Source of the DNA: Patescibacteria group bacterium
Lineage (GTDB): Bacteria; Patescibacteriota; Minisyncoccia; Phycocordibacterales; UBA9973
Assembly (NCBI GenBank): GCA_030916965.1
Contig: JAUPVQ010000005.1
Span: 1-50,581, forward strand
DNA: 50,581 nucleotides
Direction of reading: 5' to 3'
Positions 37,575-47,236 of this stretch are shown here, piece by piece. The notes beneath the pieces are model-generated. The model saw only the letters and a program-made list of their open reading frames with translations, did no database searches and was not told where the DNA came from. Each line of letters starts with the position of its first letter. Position 1 is the stretch's first letter. The position numbers and the translations under genes are program-made.

Positions 37575-37952
37575 TTATTGAGGTAATACACACTGAGTCT
37601 TCTCGGCCAGAGTCTTTAGATCTACTTCACCATAAAGCTTTTCGCCACTTGGGAATATCCATGTTGGGTAGCCTTCTATCTTTTTATCAAGACAAATTTG
37701 TGTTACTGATCTATCTGGGTTGGAACATTCTATATAAGGAAGCAGGTTTTTAGCACCGCCAAACAAAGCCTTTTGCGATTGGCAGTGTGGACACCAGAAA
37801 GCTCCATAGAATTCTGCCCCACTATCCTTTATACATTGTGCTAATGGTCCATATTTACCAACAGCTTTTGGTTTATTTGCAAATACTCCCAACACAACAA
37901 CAAGCACGATAACTAATAGTGTAATAACAATAAATTTCTTTGTTTGAGTCAT
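37575..37952 (-). CDS. membrane-anchored thioredoxin-fold oxidoreductase
   Basis: FYGAFWCPHC..QK.LFG, YIEC, C....IEGYPTW. Confidence 0.88.
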   Translation of the reverse strand: MTQTKKFIVITLLVIVLVVVLGVFANKPKAVGKYGPLAQCIKDSGAEFYGAFWCPHCQSQKALFGGAKNLLPYIECSNPDRSVTQICLDKKIEGYPTWIFPSGEKLYGEVDLKTLAEKTQCVLPQ

Positions 37953-37964
37953 ATGTCTATTATA

Positions 37965-38002
37965 CCCCGTAGTGAAATTTTAGTAAAATTCTACTACCGG
38001 GG
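37965..38002. repeat. short imperfect palindrome
   Basis: CCCCGTAGT...AATTTT-agt-AAAATT...ACTACCGGGG. Confidence 0.5.
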
Positions 38003-38037
38003 ATACAAAATCCCCCAAACTTTCGCTAGGGGAATTT

Positions 38038-38118
38038 TTATAACACATCTTTCTGGTAGCAACTCTCAATAGTGAAGTTTTGTTTGCAATTTTGGCAGTT
38101 TTTGGTCTCTGGGATCAT
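38038..38118 (-). pseudogene. 26-aa remnant MIPETKNCQNCKQNFTIESCYQKDVL of a zinc-ribbon protein gene
   Basis: a CxxC N-terminus joined directly to a C-terminal-like CYQK.V end; followed by a hairpin at 38007-38038. Confidence 0.5.
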
Positions 38119-38193
38119 GTAACAAAATTATACATTTTAGACCTTTTTACGCAAGGAAATATCACAAGTCTGTAAATATGATATTATAGAATT

Positions 38194-38976
38194 ATGGAGA
38201 AAACTTTTAAACAAAAGATGGGCAAGGTTTATATCGCATTTGTAGTTGGGTTAATAACCTTGGTTTTAATGGTTGGGAAATTTTTTATAAATAAATTTGG
38301 TTTTGATTTTATTGTCCTAAATACTTTGATCAGTAGCGTTATTGCGGGCTCGATTTTTATCACAGGATTTTTATTGGCTGGAGTATTCTCTGATTATAAA
38401 GAAGTCGAGAAGATTCCTGCAGAAATTCGGTCATCTCTGGAGAGTATCTTATCTGAAGGTTCAGCTCTTAAAAGAAAAGACTCCGGTTTTGATGTTCAAA
38501 AAATAAGGCAAACAATAATAAAATTTATAAACGAATTCGAAGATGGGTTGAGTGACACAAAGGACCATGTTCATATGAATTGTGCTCTAGAAGTAATTTC
38601 GGAATTTGATTTGTCGTTTGATGATATGGAGAGCCGTGGTGTTCCCCCTAATTATATGACCCGAATTAAATCCGAGCAGTCCCAATTGCGCAAAATTCTA
38701 TTGCGTGTTTATCACATACAAAAAACAAATTTTATTCCTTCTGTTTCAGTATTGGTGGAATCTATTGTTTTTCTTGTAATACTTCTATTAATGTTCGCAA
38801 ATATGGATTTTTATGAGGGAATAATCATCCTCGGTATACTTTCTTATTTGCTAATTTATATAATGCATTTAATACATGTATTGGAAAAGCCTTTCCGTAA
38901 AGGAAAAGATGATACTTGTGATGATGTTAGTATATTTCTACTAAGAGAGTTCCGAGAAGATTTAAGAAAAAAGTAA
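38194..38976 (+). CDS. hypothetical membrane protein (2+2 TM with a helical loop, bestrophin-like topology)
   Basis: hydropathy pattern; LEKPF near the C-terminus. Confidence 0.65.
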   Translation: MEKTFKQKMGKVYIAFVVGLITLVLMVGKFFINKFGFDFIVLNTLISSVIAGSIFITGFLLAGVFSDYKEVEKIPAEIRSSLESILSEGSALKRKDSGFDVQKIRQTIIKFINEFEDGLSDTKDHVHMNCALEVISEFDLSFDDMESRGVPPNYMTRIKSEQSQLRKILLRVYHIQKTNFIPSVSVLVESIVFLVILLLMFANMDFYEGIIILGILSYLLIYIMHLIHVLEKPFRKGKDDTCDDVSIFLLREFREDLRKK

Positions 38977-39013
38977 ATTTGAGATAGTGTAAAAAATAAT
39001 ATATAATGGCCTC

Positions 39014-39952
39014 ATGCATATTTGGTCAATGGTACTTACAGTTTTAGGGCTCTGCATGTTCGAGATTATCTCGAGTATTGATAATGCTGTTATCAATGCC
39101 GAAGTTCTCGGCACAATGAGTGCCAAAGCTCGTCGCTGGTTCCTAGTTTGGGGCCTACTTATTGCTGTCTTTGCTATACGAGGCTTATTGCCATGGCTGA
39201 TCGTTTGGGGTGCTATACCAGGACTCGGACCCATCGAGGCCTTTACTGCTACTTTCTCCAACGATCCATCTGTACACGCGGCAATCGATACAGCAGCACC
39301 AATACTACTTATGGGTGGTGGAATATTCCTTGTTTTCCTATTCTTCCATTGGTTATTCCTAGAGCCAAAGAATTTAGGTATCCGTGGGGAGAGATTCTTC
39401 CACAAGCATGGTGTATGGTTCTTTGCTACTGTATCGATCCTCCTTGCTACTATCGTATGGTACTCGATGAAGATCAATCCTATGCTTGCCTTCGGTGCAG
39501 TGATCGGATCGACTGCATTCTTTATCACTCACGGCTTCAAAGAGAACGCTGAGAAAAGTGAGAAAGAATTACTAAGTGGAAAATCTGGCATGAGTGATCT
39601 ATCTAAAATTTTGTATTTAGAAATCATCGATGCAACATTTTCTATCGATGGAGTTCTCGGTGCATTTGCCTTTACACTATCTATCCCACTAATTTTGATT
39701 GGTAACGGAATCGGAGCTCTAGTATTACGCCAGCTTACAATTGGAAACATAGAAAGAATCAAGAAGTATAAATATCTTAAAAATGGCGCAATGTATTCAA
39801 TACTTGCACTAGGTATTGTGATGCTTACAGATGCATTTGGAGTACATGTACCTCAATACGTATCGCCGGTAGCAACATTCGCAATCATAGCTTACTTCCT
39901 ATGGAAGTCGCACATAACAAACAAAAAAGGTCTTCCTGTTGTGTCGATTTAA
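39014..39952 (+). CDS. DUF475 / TerC-like membrane protein
   Basis: FEIISSIDNAVINA, LYLEIIDATFSIDGVLGAFA, YLKNGAMYSI. Confidence 0.92.
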   Translation: MHIWSMVLTVLGLCMFEIISSIDNAVINAEVLGTMSAKARRWFLVWGLLIAVFAIRGLLPWLIVWGAIPGLGPIEAFTATFSNDPSVHAAIDTAAPILLMGGGIFLVFLFFHWLFLEPKNLGIRGERFFHKHGVWFFATVSILLATIVWYSMKINPMLAFGAVIGSTAFFITHGFKENAEKSEKELLSGKSGMSDLSKILYLEIIDATFSIDGVLGAFAFTLSIPLILIGNGIGALVLRQLTIGNIERIKKYKYLKNGAMYSILALGIVMLTDAFGVHVPQYVSPVATFAIIAYFLWKSHITNKKGLPVVSI

Positions 39953-40443
39953 ATTTTTTCTCCTTTAACTTTCTTTACGAGATCAGAACTTGATTGGACT
40001 TTGCCTCCACGGCCCACTCCAAATACCATCTTCATCCCCCAATCTTTCCCTGCGTCGAGCTCTGGAATATTCTTTTTCGTCCTATCTCCACCATTGGCGA
40101 AAATATGAGGTTTGATTTTGCATAAATCTTTACACACACTAATATCATCTGTATTTTTAGTGTGGCTTGTGATTATTACTTTGTCTACACCAGCGATGTG
40201 CTCAATAATCTCTTTGCGCTCAGCTTCCGGCATAAAAGCAAAACCTTTTTTTAAGATGAGCCAATTGTCGTTGTTGAGTATGACTACCACTTTTCCATCT
40301 GGTCCTGCGATTTGTTTTGCCTCGTGTATCATACGTACATGTCCAATATGAATAGGGTCAAATCCTCCAGAAACAGCTACGGTAAGTATATCTTTTTTAT
40401 TCTTTGCTGTTTTTTTATTTATCTTTTTTATTACCTTTTTCAT
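39949..40443 (-). CDS. cytidylyl/adenylyltransferase family protein
   Basis: SGGFDPIHIGH (HxGH), ANGGDR, KVQSSS. Confidence 0.92.
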   Translation of the reverse strand: MKKVIKKINKKTAKNKKDILTVAVSGGFDPIHIGHVRMIHEAKQIAGPDGKVVVILNNDNWLILKKGFAFMPEAERKEIIEHIAGVDKVIITSHTKNTDDISVCKDLCKIKPHIFANGGDRTKKNIPELDAGKDWGMKMVFGVGRGGKVQSSSDLVKKVKGEKI

Positions 40444-40446
40444 ATA

Positions 40447-42381
40447 TTATAACTTTATCCCTCTTTTAAGGACTTGTAGTATTGTATCAAGCTTGATAGT
40501 AGCTACTCCTGTAACTTTATCGGCTCCACCATAATAGATAAATAGTATACCTTTTTTAACAACCATGCCGCATGGAAATACTACATTGTTTACAATACCG
40601 ATTTTCTCATAATCTGTCTCCGGTTCAAAAATTGGGTCGGTGATACGAGAGAGCACAATAGTGGGATCCTTGAGTGACAATAGTACTGCCCCTACCCTAT
40701 ATGTACTATGGCTACGAGATACGCCGTGGTACAAAAGTAGCCAACCGTACTTTGTCTTGATTGGAGGAGCGGTAATGCCCACCTTGGAACTATCCCATCC
40801 ATTTATTCTTGGGCCTAGGATTTTTATACAACGCATAACTTTATCCTTTTCGAAATCTAATGTCTTAATATAATCTGCACATATATCTGTACCAATTCTG
40901 TGCATTATCATATACTTACCATCAATTTTATCTGGCAAGAAACAAGTATCCTTGTCGTCGATACCATTTGGTGTCAGGATTACAGGCTTGGACCATACCC
41001 AATTTCTTTTTAGAAAATCCTTTTCAGTTATTGATGTTACTGCTACTCTTGGTGGGCCTATACTATCAAAGGCTGTGTAACACATATAAATAAGAGATCC
41101 AATTTTGATTAATCTAGGATCTTCACAACCAGAATTTCCATTTGGGATCTTTTTGGTTTCAAAAGACTCACGAGGTGAATATATTGGTAATTGCAATCTT
41201 TCATCAAGATTAAATCCGTCTTTGCTTACTGCATATCCGATATAAGAAGTATTGTCATTTGCCAGCGTGCGGTAAAGTATGTGGATTTTATTACCGAGCA
41301 TTATTGCAGCAGGGTTGAATGTGGCTGTTGCCTCCCACGCATTATCCTTATTTGGAGATATGATAGGGTTATTTTTATAGCGTGTAAATTTATTTACTTT
41401 ATTATCACTATATGAGATTGTTTTTAATAAATCACTTAAAACAATATTTGCTCTACAACAAGTTGTATCAGCTGCACCATAATAAATATGAAGTAAGTCC
41501 TTCTCTACAAGTGCTCCACTCGGGAAAACAATATTCGGCGCAAAGCCAGAAAGTTCGTACGGCTCTTCTGGTACCAATATAGGTCCTTCAGTCCTACCTA
41601 CAATTTTTTGCGGATTTTTAAGATCAAACAGTAATGCCTCTATACCAAAGATACGAGGATCATGATCTTTTGGTTCAAAATAATTTTGAATATGTGAATA
41701 TATAAAAAGCCATCCAAGTTTAGTCTTTATAGGGACCGCACCCACCTCTACGTGATCCCTTATGGATCTTTCAATATTGGGAATAATATTATTCTCAATA
41801 TTTTTCTCCCAATTTTTCCAGAAAGAAGCTTCCCATAGTTCCTCGATTTTATTACACTGAGCTATCGCGATGTGCGCAGGTGGCATATCTGTATGATAAC
41901 TAAATATTACAGTTATTTTCCCATTTATACGCTCGGGAAAGAGTGCCATAGCTTTAGCGTTGAATGGTGTTACGAGATGCTTTTCCTTGATAGTTTTTAA
42001 GTCATCGCTTACTGCCACCGCCACTTTTATCCCATTTGAATTAAAAGGATACTCTGAAAGAGCTGTATAAAAAGTGTAGTATTTACCTTCAAAAAATGTC
42101 ACCCTTGGGTCCTCGCAACCAAACTTCTCCCAATCATTTTCGGGATAGATAAAATGTGTCTTGTCTTTGTAGTGTATTCCGTCTACTGTAGTTGCGTGAC
42201 CAATTGTAGATAGGCTTTCAGGTCGTGTAAGTGGGTCTGGGTATGATATTGCCCTATAAAGCACGTGTATATTTTTACCCTTTTTGATTGGTGACCAATT
42301 AAAAGTTGCGATAGCTTCCCATGGGTGCTGTCGCTCTGGTATAAGAACTGGATTATGATGTGATCTTTTTGCTACGTACAT
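40447..42381 (-). CDS. GH130-like glycosidase/phosphorylase with two tandem domains
   Basis: two sets of FN, LYR, GCEDPR and VFP.G...IYYG.AD motifs. Confidence 0.88.
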   Translation of the reverse strand: MYVAKRSHHNPVLIPERQHPWEAIATFNWSPIKKGKNIHVLYRAISYPDPLTRPESLSTIGHATTVDGIHYKDKTHFIYPENDWEKFGCEDPRVTFFEGKYYTFYTALSEYPFNSNGIKVAVAVSDDLKTIKEKHLVTPFNAKAMALFPERINGKITVIFSYHTDMPPAHIAIAQCNKIEELWEASFWKNWEKNIENNIIPNIERSIRDHVEVGAVPIKTKLGWLFIYSHIQNYFEPKDHDPRIFGIEALLFDLKNPQKIVGRTEGPILVPEEPYELSGFAPNIVFPSGALVEKDLLHIYYGAADTTCCRANIVLSDLLKTISYSDNKVNKFTRYKNNPIISPNKDNAWEATATFNPAAIMLGNKIHILYRTLANDNTSYIGYAVSKDGFNLDERLQLPIYSPRESFETKKIPNGNSGCEDPRLIKIGSLIYMCYTAFDSIGPPRVAVTSITEKDFLKRNWVWSKPVILTPNGIDDKDTCFLPDKIDGKYMIMHRIGTDICADYIKTLDFEKDKVMRCIKILGPRINGWDSSKVGITAPPIKTKYGWLLLYHGVSRSHSTYRVGAVLLSLKDPTIVLSRITDPIFEPETDYEKIGIVNNVVFPCGMVVKKGILFIYYGGADKVTGVATIKLDTILQVLKRGIKL

Positions 42382-42384
42382 ATA

Positions 42385-43677
42385 TTATAATTTTGTTTTA
42401 TTTAAAGAAAATTTTGGAATTTTTTGATTCATTAATTCTTGAAGGAATGATTCGAGTGGTGCTGTCGCACATGCGATGTATTTATCTCCCCCTCCGTAAT
42501 AAACAAATAATGTTCCATCTTTCACTACAGCTCCGCTTGCATATACTATTCCTGGTTTGTAATCATTTTCATACCACTCATCAGGTTCCAGTATCGGTCC
42601 AACTGATCTATACAATACTTGTGTTGGGTCCTTCAAATCTAGAATCATAGCACCAACTTTGTAACGACTGTGATCATTTTTCTCCATGGCGTGATACAAA
42701 AGTAACCAACCATATTTTGTCTTGATAGGTGGCGCTGCAGCGCTACGTGTCCTGTTGTGCCATGCAACTTCATGGTCTGGTAGACATTGTGGATCAGGAG
42801 CATCGCTCCCGCTTGGAGTTTGTGACATATTTAAATGATCCAAGTATGCTATATGTACTTTCTTTGCATCACCCTTATCAAGATTGTGAAAAAGTGCAAA
42901 CTTACCGTTAATTTTTTCTGGGAAAAGAACCCAGTTTTTCTGTCTATCCCCTGGCTTCGACAGATACACTAGGTCGCTCCATCTCCACTTCATATTCAAA
43001 AGATCATCTTCTTTTATAGAAACAGTTGCAACTCGCATCGAATGCCAACCATTGAACATGTTGAGAGTGAGATAAACTCTACCTTCTATGATGACGGCTC
43101 TAGGATCCTCACATCCGCCCCACCCACCACCAGAAGTATAAAATTGTGGGTTAAATTCAAGCCTAGCTGGAGAAGTATGTGGTGAGTGTGAATTTATTGC
43201 TTCGAAATTTGGTGGTATATATGCTGGATATAAAAGTCTATCATTAAAATTAATACCATCATCACTTATTGCATATCCAATTCGTGATACACCATCGTCC
43301 CCTAGTGCTCGATAAAAAAGATGCACTTTGTTATTAGAAATTACAACTCCTGGGTTAATAACGGCTTGTGACTCCCATGAATTGTTTATATTTGGTTTTA
43401 AAATAGGATTTTTGTCTGAGCGGTTAAGGCTAGGTACATACTTGGCTTTTTTTGTAACAGACTTTTTTAAGTTTACTTTAGCTTTTATTTTTATTTTTAC
43501 TTTAGTTTTAGTTTTAGTTTTAGTTTTAGTTTTAGTTTTAGGAATTATCTTCTTGATTATTTTTTTTGGCAAAGGTTTTTTAACAACCTTTTTTGAGGTT
43601 GTTTTTTTAACAGTTTTTTTAGTTACTTTAACAATCTTTTTAATAATTATTTTCTTTTTCTTTTTAGGTAAAGCCAT
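42385..43677 (-). CDS. GH130-like glycosidase with Lys-rich N-terminal extension
   Basis: NPIL.P, INPG, YRA, GCEDPR, KNWVLFPEKI, YYGGGD. Confidence 0.88.
   Translation of the reverse strand: MALPKKKKKIIIKKIVKVTKKTVKKTTSKKVVKKPLPKKIIKKIIPKTKTKTKTKTKTKVKIKIKAKVNLKKSVTKKAKYVPSLNRSDKNPILKPNINNSWESQAVINPGVVISNNKVHLFYRALGDDGVSRIGYAISDDGINFNDRLLYPAYIPPNFEAINSHSPHTSPARLEFNPQFYTSGGGWGGCEDPRAVIIEGRVYLTLNMFNGWHSMRVATVSIKEDDLLNMKWRWSDLVYLSKPGDRQKNWVLFPEKINGKFALFHNLDKGDAKKVHIAYLDHLNMSQTPSGSDAPDPQCLPDHEVAWHNRTRSAAAPPIKTKYGWLLLYHAMEKNDHSRYKVGAMILDLKDPTQVLYRSVGPILEPDEWYENDYKPGIVYASGAVVKDGTLFVYYGGGDKYIACATAPLESFLQELMNQKIPKFSLNKTKL
43501..43541. repeat. hexamer microsatellite (TTTTAG) x ~7
   Basis: encodes the KTKTKT run of the GH130 N-terminus. 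Confidence 0.9.
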
Positions 43678-43742
43678 ATATCCCTTAGATATTTAATACC
43701 CATACAGTATACCAAATAATAATATATTATACAGTGGTATAA

Positions 43743-45353
43743 CTACTCCTCAATCAACCCTAGTTTTACAAGGCGGGCTCTTATCCCCCCTGTCTTTCGG
43801 CCCAATATTTTACCTATTTCTGACTGCGTTTTACCCTTATTAAACAAGTCTATTAGCTCTCTTTGCTCTTCCTCTCCCCAGCGCATGTACGCTTTTGGGT
43901 GCTTTTCCCTCAGTTTCTCGAAAGATGACTTATCTTTACTGTCAGACTCTTGAGGACTTACCTTGAGATTTTTTGTTTCTTTCCATACGCCACCACATGC
44001 AAGAATAAAATGCTTTTGCATTTTTAAAACATCCCCTTTTGCCATTTGATTAAATGCAAGTTCAGCATTGCTTGAATCACGATGGAAAATGGAATCCTGC
44101 TCAATTATTTGTGGGTGTACCTTTAATGCTTGCTCATTGATACCCAAAAGATGTAGTCCAGATAATCTGCGCACCCGGGAAAGTGCCACATACCCTTGTC
44201 CGTATTCAAATACTTGTGATAAATCCATGACCGCCGCATCCAAACTCATACCCTGGCTCTTGTGTACAGTAATCGCCCATGCTAGCCGAAGGGGTATCTG
44301 AGTAATCTGAGCCTTTATCTTGCCATTGTCTTCTACTACCCAATCTGTTGGCTCAACCCTGATTGTCTTGCCATTGTTCGTGCGTACAATTGGGTACCTC
44401 GTATTACTATCAAAGTCTACTACCTCACCAAGGGTACCATTCACATACCCATCCTTAATATTGTTTTTGGTAAACATAACCACGGCACCTCTCTTTAGAA
44501 GTAATTTTTCTGGAGAAAGACACCCTTTTATCAATACACTTACAAGCTTCTCCTTTCCACTCGATTGCATGACATGAGTAGATTGATCACTATTTATTTT
44601 AATTAATTCATTATTATTTATCCTATCTACATCTATATTGTGTGAAAATAATCTTGTAATATTATCATGAGTATCTCCGAGTTTGACCTGACGCTCATTT
44701 ATTTTATTTATGTGATCAATGTTTACACTATTTGCACGAATGGCGGATAGGATAGACAGGTACATATCATCATCCTGGCGATGCTGTTCTGTAAGGTAGC
44801 AAATTATTGGAGACAATTTTTTCCAAGCCTGCGACTGGTAGGCAAAAATTCCCACTTCCTCTTCTTCAAAGAATGAATCTTGATTTATATCATCTGTATT
44901 TGTAAAAGAATTTTTTACTATTGGAGGGAGCTGAAAGAAATCTCCCACAAGTACAATCTGCATTCCACCAAAAGGCTCATTTGTTTGCTTCACTTCCCTA
45001 CAAACAGCTTCTATTATAGTCAGAGTAGCTGGAGACAGCATTGAGATTTCATCAATTATCAAAACTCGAGTTTTGCCAATTCTTTTTGCTACATACTCAT
45101 TGCTTGCGATTTTATCAAGCTCATATTGATCAAGTTTATCCCGTATTCCAATTCCGCTCCATGAATGTATTGTCATCCCACCTATATGAGTAGCGGCTAT
45201 GCCAGTACTTGCAGTAATTGCCGGCTCTATACCTTGAGCACGCAAATATTTCACATAAGCGTTAATTGTATGCGTTTTACCAGCGCCAGGCTCACCTGTT
45301 AGGAATACATTGGCTCCAGTTTTCAGAATAGTTAGTGCTTCGTTTTGGGTCAT
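43743..45353 (-). CDS. Pif1/RecD-like SF1B helicase with C-terminal HTH-like tail
   Basis: GEPGAGKT, IIDEISM, PFGG.Q..LVGDFFQLPP, QIPLRLAWAITVHKSQG, YVALSR; start trimmed to MTQNE. Confidence 0.93.
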   Translation of the reverse strand: MTQNEALTILKTGANVFLTGEPGAGKTHTINAYVKYLRAQGIEPAITASTGIAATHIGGMTIHSWSGIGIRDKLDQYELDKIASNEYVAKRIGKTRVLIIDEISMLSPATLTIIEAVCREVKQTNEPFGGMQIVLVGDFFQLPPIVKNSFTNTDDINQDSFFEEEEVGIFAYQSQAWKKLSPIICYLTEQHRQDDDMYLSILSAIRANSVNIDHINKINERQVKLGDTHDNITRLFSHNIDVDRINNNELIKINSDQSTHVMQSSGKEKLVSVLIKGCLSPEKLLLKRGAVVMFTKNNIKDGYVNGTLGEVVDFDSNTRYPIVRTNNGKTIRVEPTDWVVEDNGKIKAQITQIPLRLAWAITVHKSQGMSLDAAVMDLSQVFEYGQGYVALSRVRRLSGLHLLGINEQALKVHPQIIEQDSIFHRDSSNAELAFNQMAKGDVLKMQKHFILACGGVWKETKNLKVSPQESDSKDKSSFEKLREKHPKAYMRWGEEEQRELIDLFNKGKTQSEIGKILGRKTGGIRARLVKLGLIEE

Positions 45354-45360
45354 GGATTTA

Positions 45361-46440
45361 TCATAACACTTTTTCAATGAGCATTGGTATAGGCTGAGTA
45401 TATCTTACCTCAAAACCAATGGTCCCAATCACTTGCCCCCTCATTGTTTCTACTCTCACGCGCCATTTACCCTCCTTTAAACTTGTTTTGTAAGAGTATC
45501 CACGATAACCATTCAAATTCCCTCCAGAAATCGGAAAGGAAATTTCTGTTATACTTTCCCATTTTTTTATTTCTGGATTATAGTATTGCCAATCGTGCAT
45601 AATATTTGTATTTATATCTGTTGGAGAAAATACTGCACTATATGCATATACGGGGTCACCCTCCCTTATATTCACAACTTTATTAAAATTCAAGAATCCT
45701 TTTTCCTTTTCCCCGACAACATGATAACCGTCTGGTAATTTATATATAGCGTTGTAAGCTTCTCCCCTTTTCAGGGATAGAGGTATCGGTGGAATAAGAT
45801 TTGCAAAGTACAAACCATTTACAAATATATATACGAGAACAATGCTTACAATCAGATTCCTTGAACTATTTTTAACTTCAATTAAAAAATATGAAAACAT
45901 GTATAAAATGACCGAAATTGAAAGCATGCTTGCGAAACCACTAATCAAAAAAGTTTTTACATTAATTGCATTTAATATTACTGGAACTGCAAATATGTAG
46001 TAAAAAAATAGTCCGGTGAAAAATATTGTAATCTGCAGTACAAAATTTTCATAATGTTTTTTAAAGATATCGTTCCCCAGCATTAAAACAAGTAGTAGAA
46101 ATATAAAGAACCAACTCGATGCCAAAGACCCACTCCTGTAATAGAAAACGGCGAAACCACTAAATAATCCCCCGAACATAAATTGGATAACATATGGCGA
46201 GAAAATATAGACTTTTTCTAAAAATTTGTTTTTGATTTCTTTTCCACGCAGATAGTTAAAAATAAAAATTCCAACGATTGCAAAAAATAGATATGATGTA
46301 AACACAATATTTTCAAAAGCTCTATCTACCCTATTGAGAGTTATATAATCTATAACAAATCCGAGCACAAGTGATAATGGCATTAGGATTTTGTTGTTTC
46401 TTTTGATCCAATTTTTTAAATTATTTATTTTATGCTTCAT
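45361..46440 (-). CDS. polytopic membrane protein with DUF2914-like C-terminal domain
   Basis: multiple TMs; IPPIPLSL, GG...GYRGYSYK, GKWRVRVET..GQVIG. Confidence 0.82.
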   Translation of the reverse strand: MKHKINNLKNWIKRNNKILMPLSLVLGFVIDYITLNRVDRAFENIVFTSYLFFAIVGIFIFNYLRGKEIKNKFLEKVYIFSPYVIQFMFGGLFSGFAVFYYRSGSLASSWFFIFLLLVLMLGNDIFKKHYENFVLQITIFFTGLFFYYIFAVPVILNAINVKTFLISGFASMLSISVILYMFSYFLIEVKNSSRNLIVSIVLVYIFVNGLYFANLIPPIPLSLKRGEAYNAIYKLPDGYHVVGEKEKGFLNFNKVVNIREGDPVYAYSAVFSPTDINTNIMHDWQYYNPEIKKWESITEISFPISGGNLNGYRGYSYKTSLKEGKWRVRVETMRGQVIGTIGFEVRYTQPIPMLIEKVL

Positions 46441-46508
46441 AAATCAATAAAACAATTATAGCACAGTACGATTATGATATTTCGGATATTTGCGCTATAC
46501 TCTCTTAT

Positions 46509-46622
46509 ATGGCAAAAAGAGCAAGTCAAGGTATTAAAAATAAGCAATCTCGATCGCCTAAGACAACAAAGCGTCTACAAGCTAAGCGCGTGCGTCTTTA
46601 TGGAGAGAAAGCTCATAAATAA
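46509..46622 (+). CDS. unannotated 37-aa basic protein MAKRASQGIKNKQSRSPKTTKRLQAKRVRLYGEKAHK
   Basis: TATACT 7 nt before the ATG and a terminator right after the stop; 13 of 37 residues are K/R. Confidence 0.65.
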   Translation: MAKRASQGIKNKQSRSPKTTKRLQAKRVRLYGEKAHK

Positions 46623-46638
46623 TTATTGTTAATTTATC

Positions 46639-46665
46639 AAAAAACCACCAATTTGGTGGTTTTTT
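46639..46665. terminator. bidirectional terminator
   Basis: AAAAAACCACC-aattt-GGTGGTTTTTT. Confidence 0.82.
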
Positions 46666-46679
46666 GAATTCTGGTAGAC

Positions 46680-47207
46680 TTATAAAATTTCTTCTTCCAA
46701 TTTTTTTTCTATTTCTTCTTCGCTGATCGGTTTGAGCAATTTCTTCAATTCTGGGTCTTTGGATAAGTCGATCCCATTTTTTTCCAAAAGCATCTCAGTC
46801 ATTTTCAGCATTTTTGTAACCTCTTTCGCAATAATCAGATTAACTTGCAATTGTACCTCGTCTCTCAGATCATCCACCTTTGAACTACGGTTCTGTGAAA
46901 TCAGAACAAAGACTGCGAGGATAATTGCCTCCAATGATACTATTGTTGTGAGTAAACTAAATGGGAAAGGGTCAAATGGTGCAATGAAACTAATTTGGCC
47001 TGTGTGTATAAATATCCAAAAAAAGAATACCAATACATTGAAGGTCAAAAATGCCATGCTGCCAAACCGGGCTGTCATGAAATCTGCAACTCTTTCTGTG
47101 GTTGTCCTTTTTGCATTTGCCTTAGCCTTTATACTATTCAACATCTTTTTGTGAGGTTGATCTTCTTTTTGATTCCCATTAAATAGGGAAAAAATATTTT
47201 TAAACAT
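46680..47207 (-). CDS. DUF1003 domain membrane protein
   Basis: ERVAD..T..FGS, FDPFPF.LL...VSLEAI.L...VLISQNR. Confidence 0.93.
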   Translation of the reverse strand: MFKNIFSLFNGNQKEDQPHKKMLNSIKAKANAKRTTTERVADFMTARFGSMAFLTFNVLVFFFWIFIHTGQISFIAPFDPFPFSLLTTIVSLEAIILAVFVLISQNRSSKVDDLRDEVQLQVNLIIAKEVTKMLKMTEMLLEKNGIDLSKDPELKKLLKPISEEEIEKKLEEEIL

Positions 47208-47236
47208 AATAAAATTATAGCATACTCAAAAGCAAA

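Noticed and set aside
38120-39013. yybP-ykoY manganese riboswitch ahead of the TerC-like gene
   Set aside because: No recognisable motif, and both genes appear leaderless.
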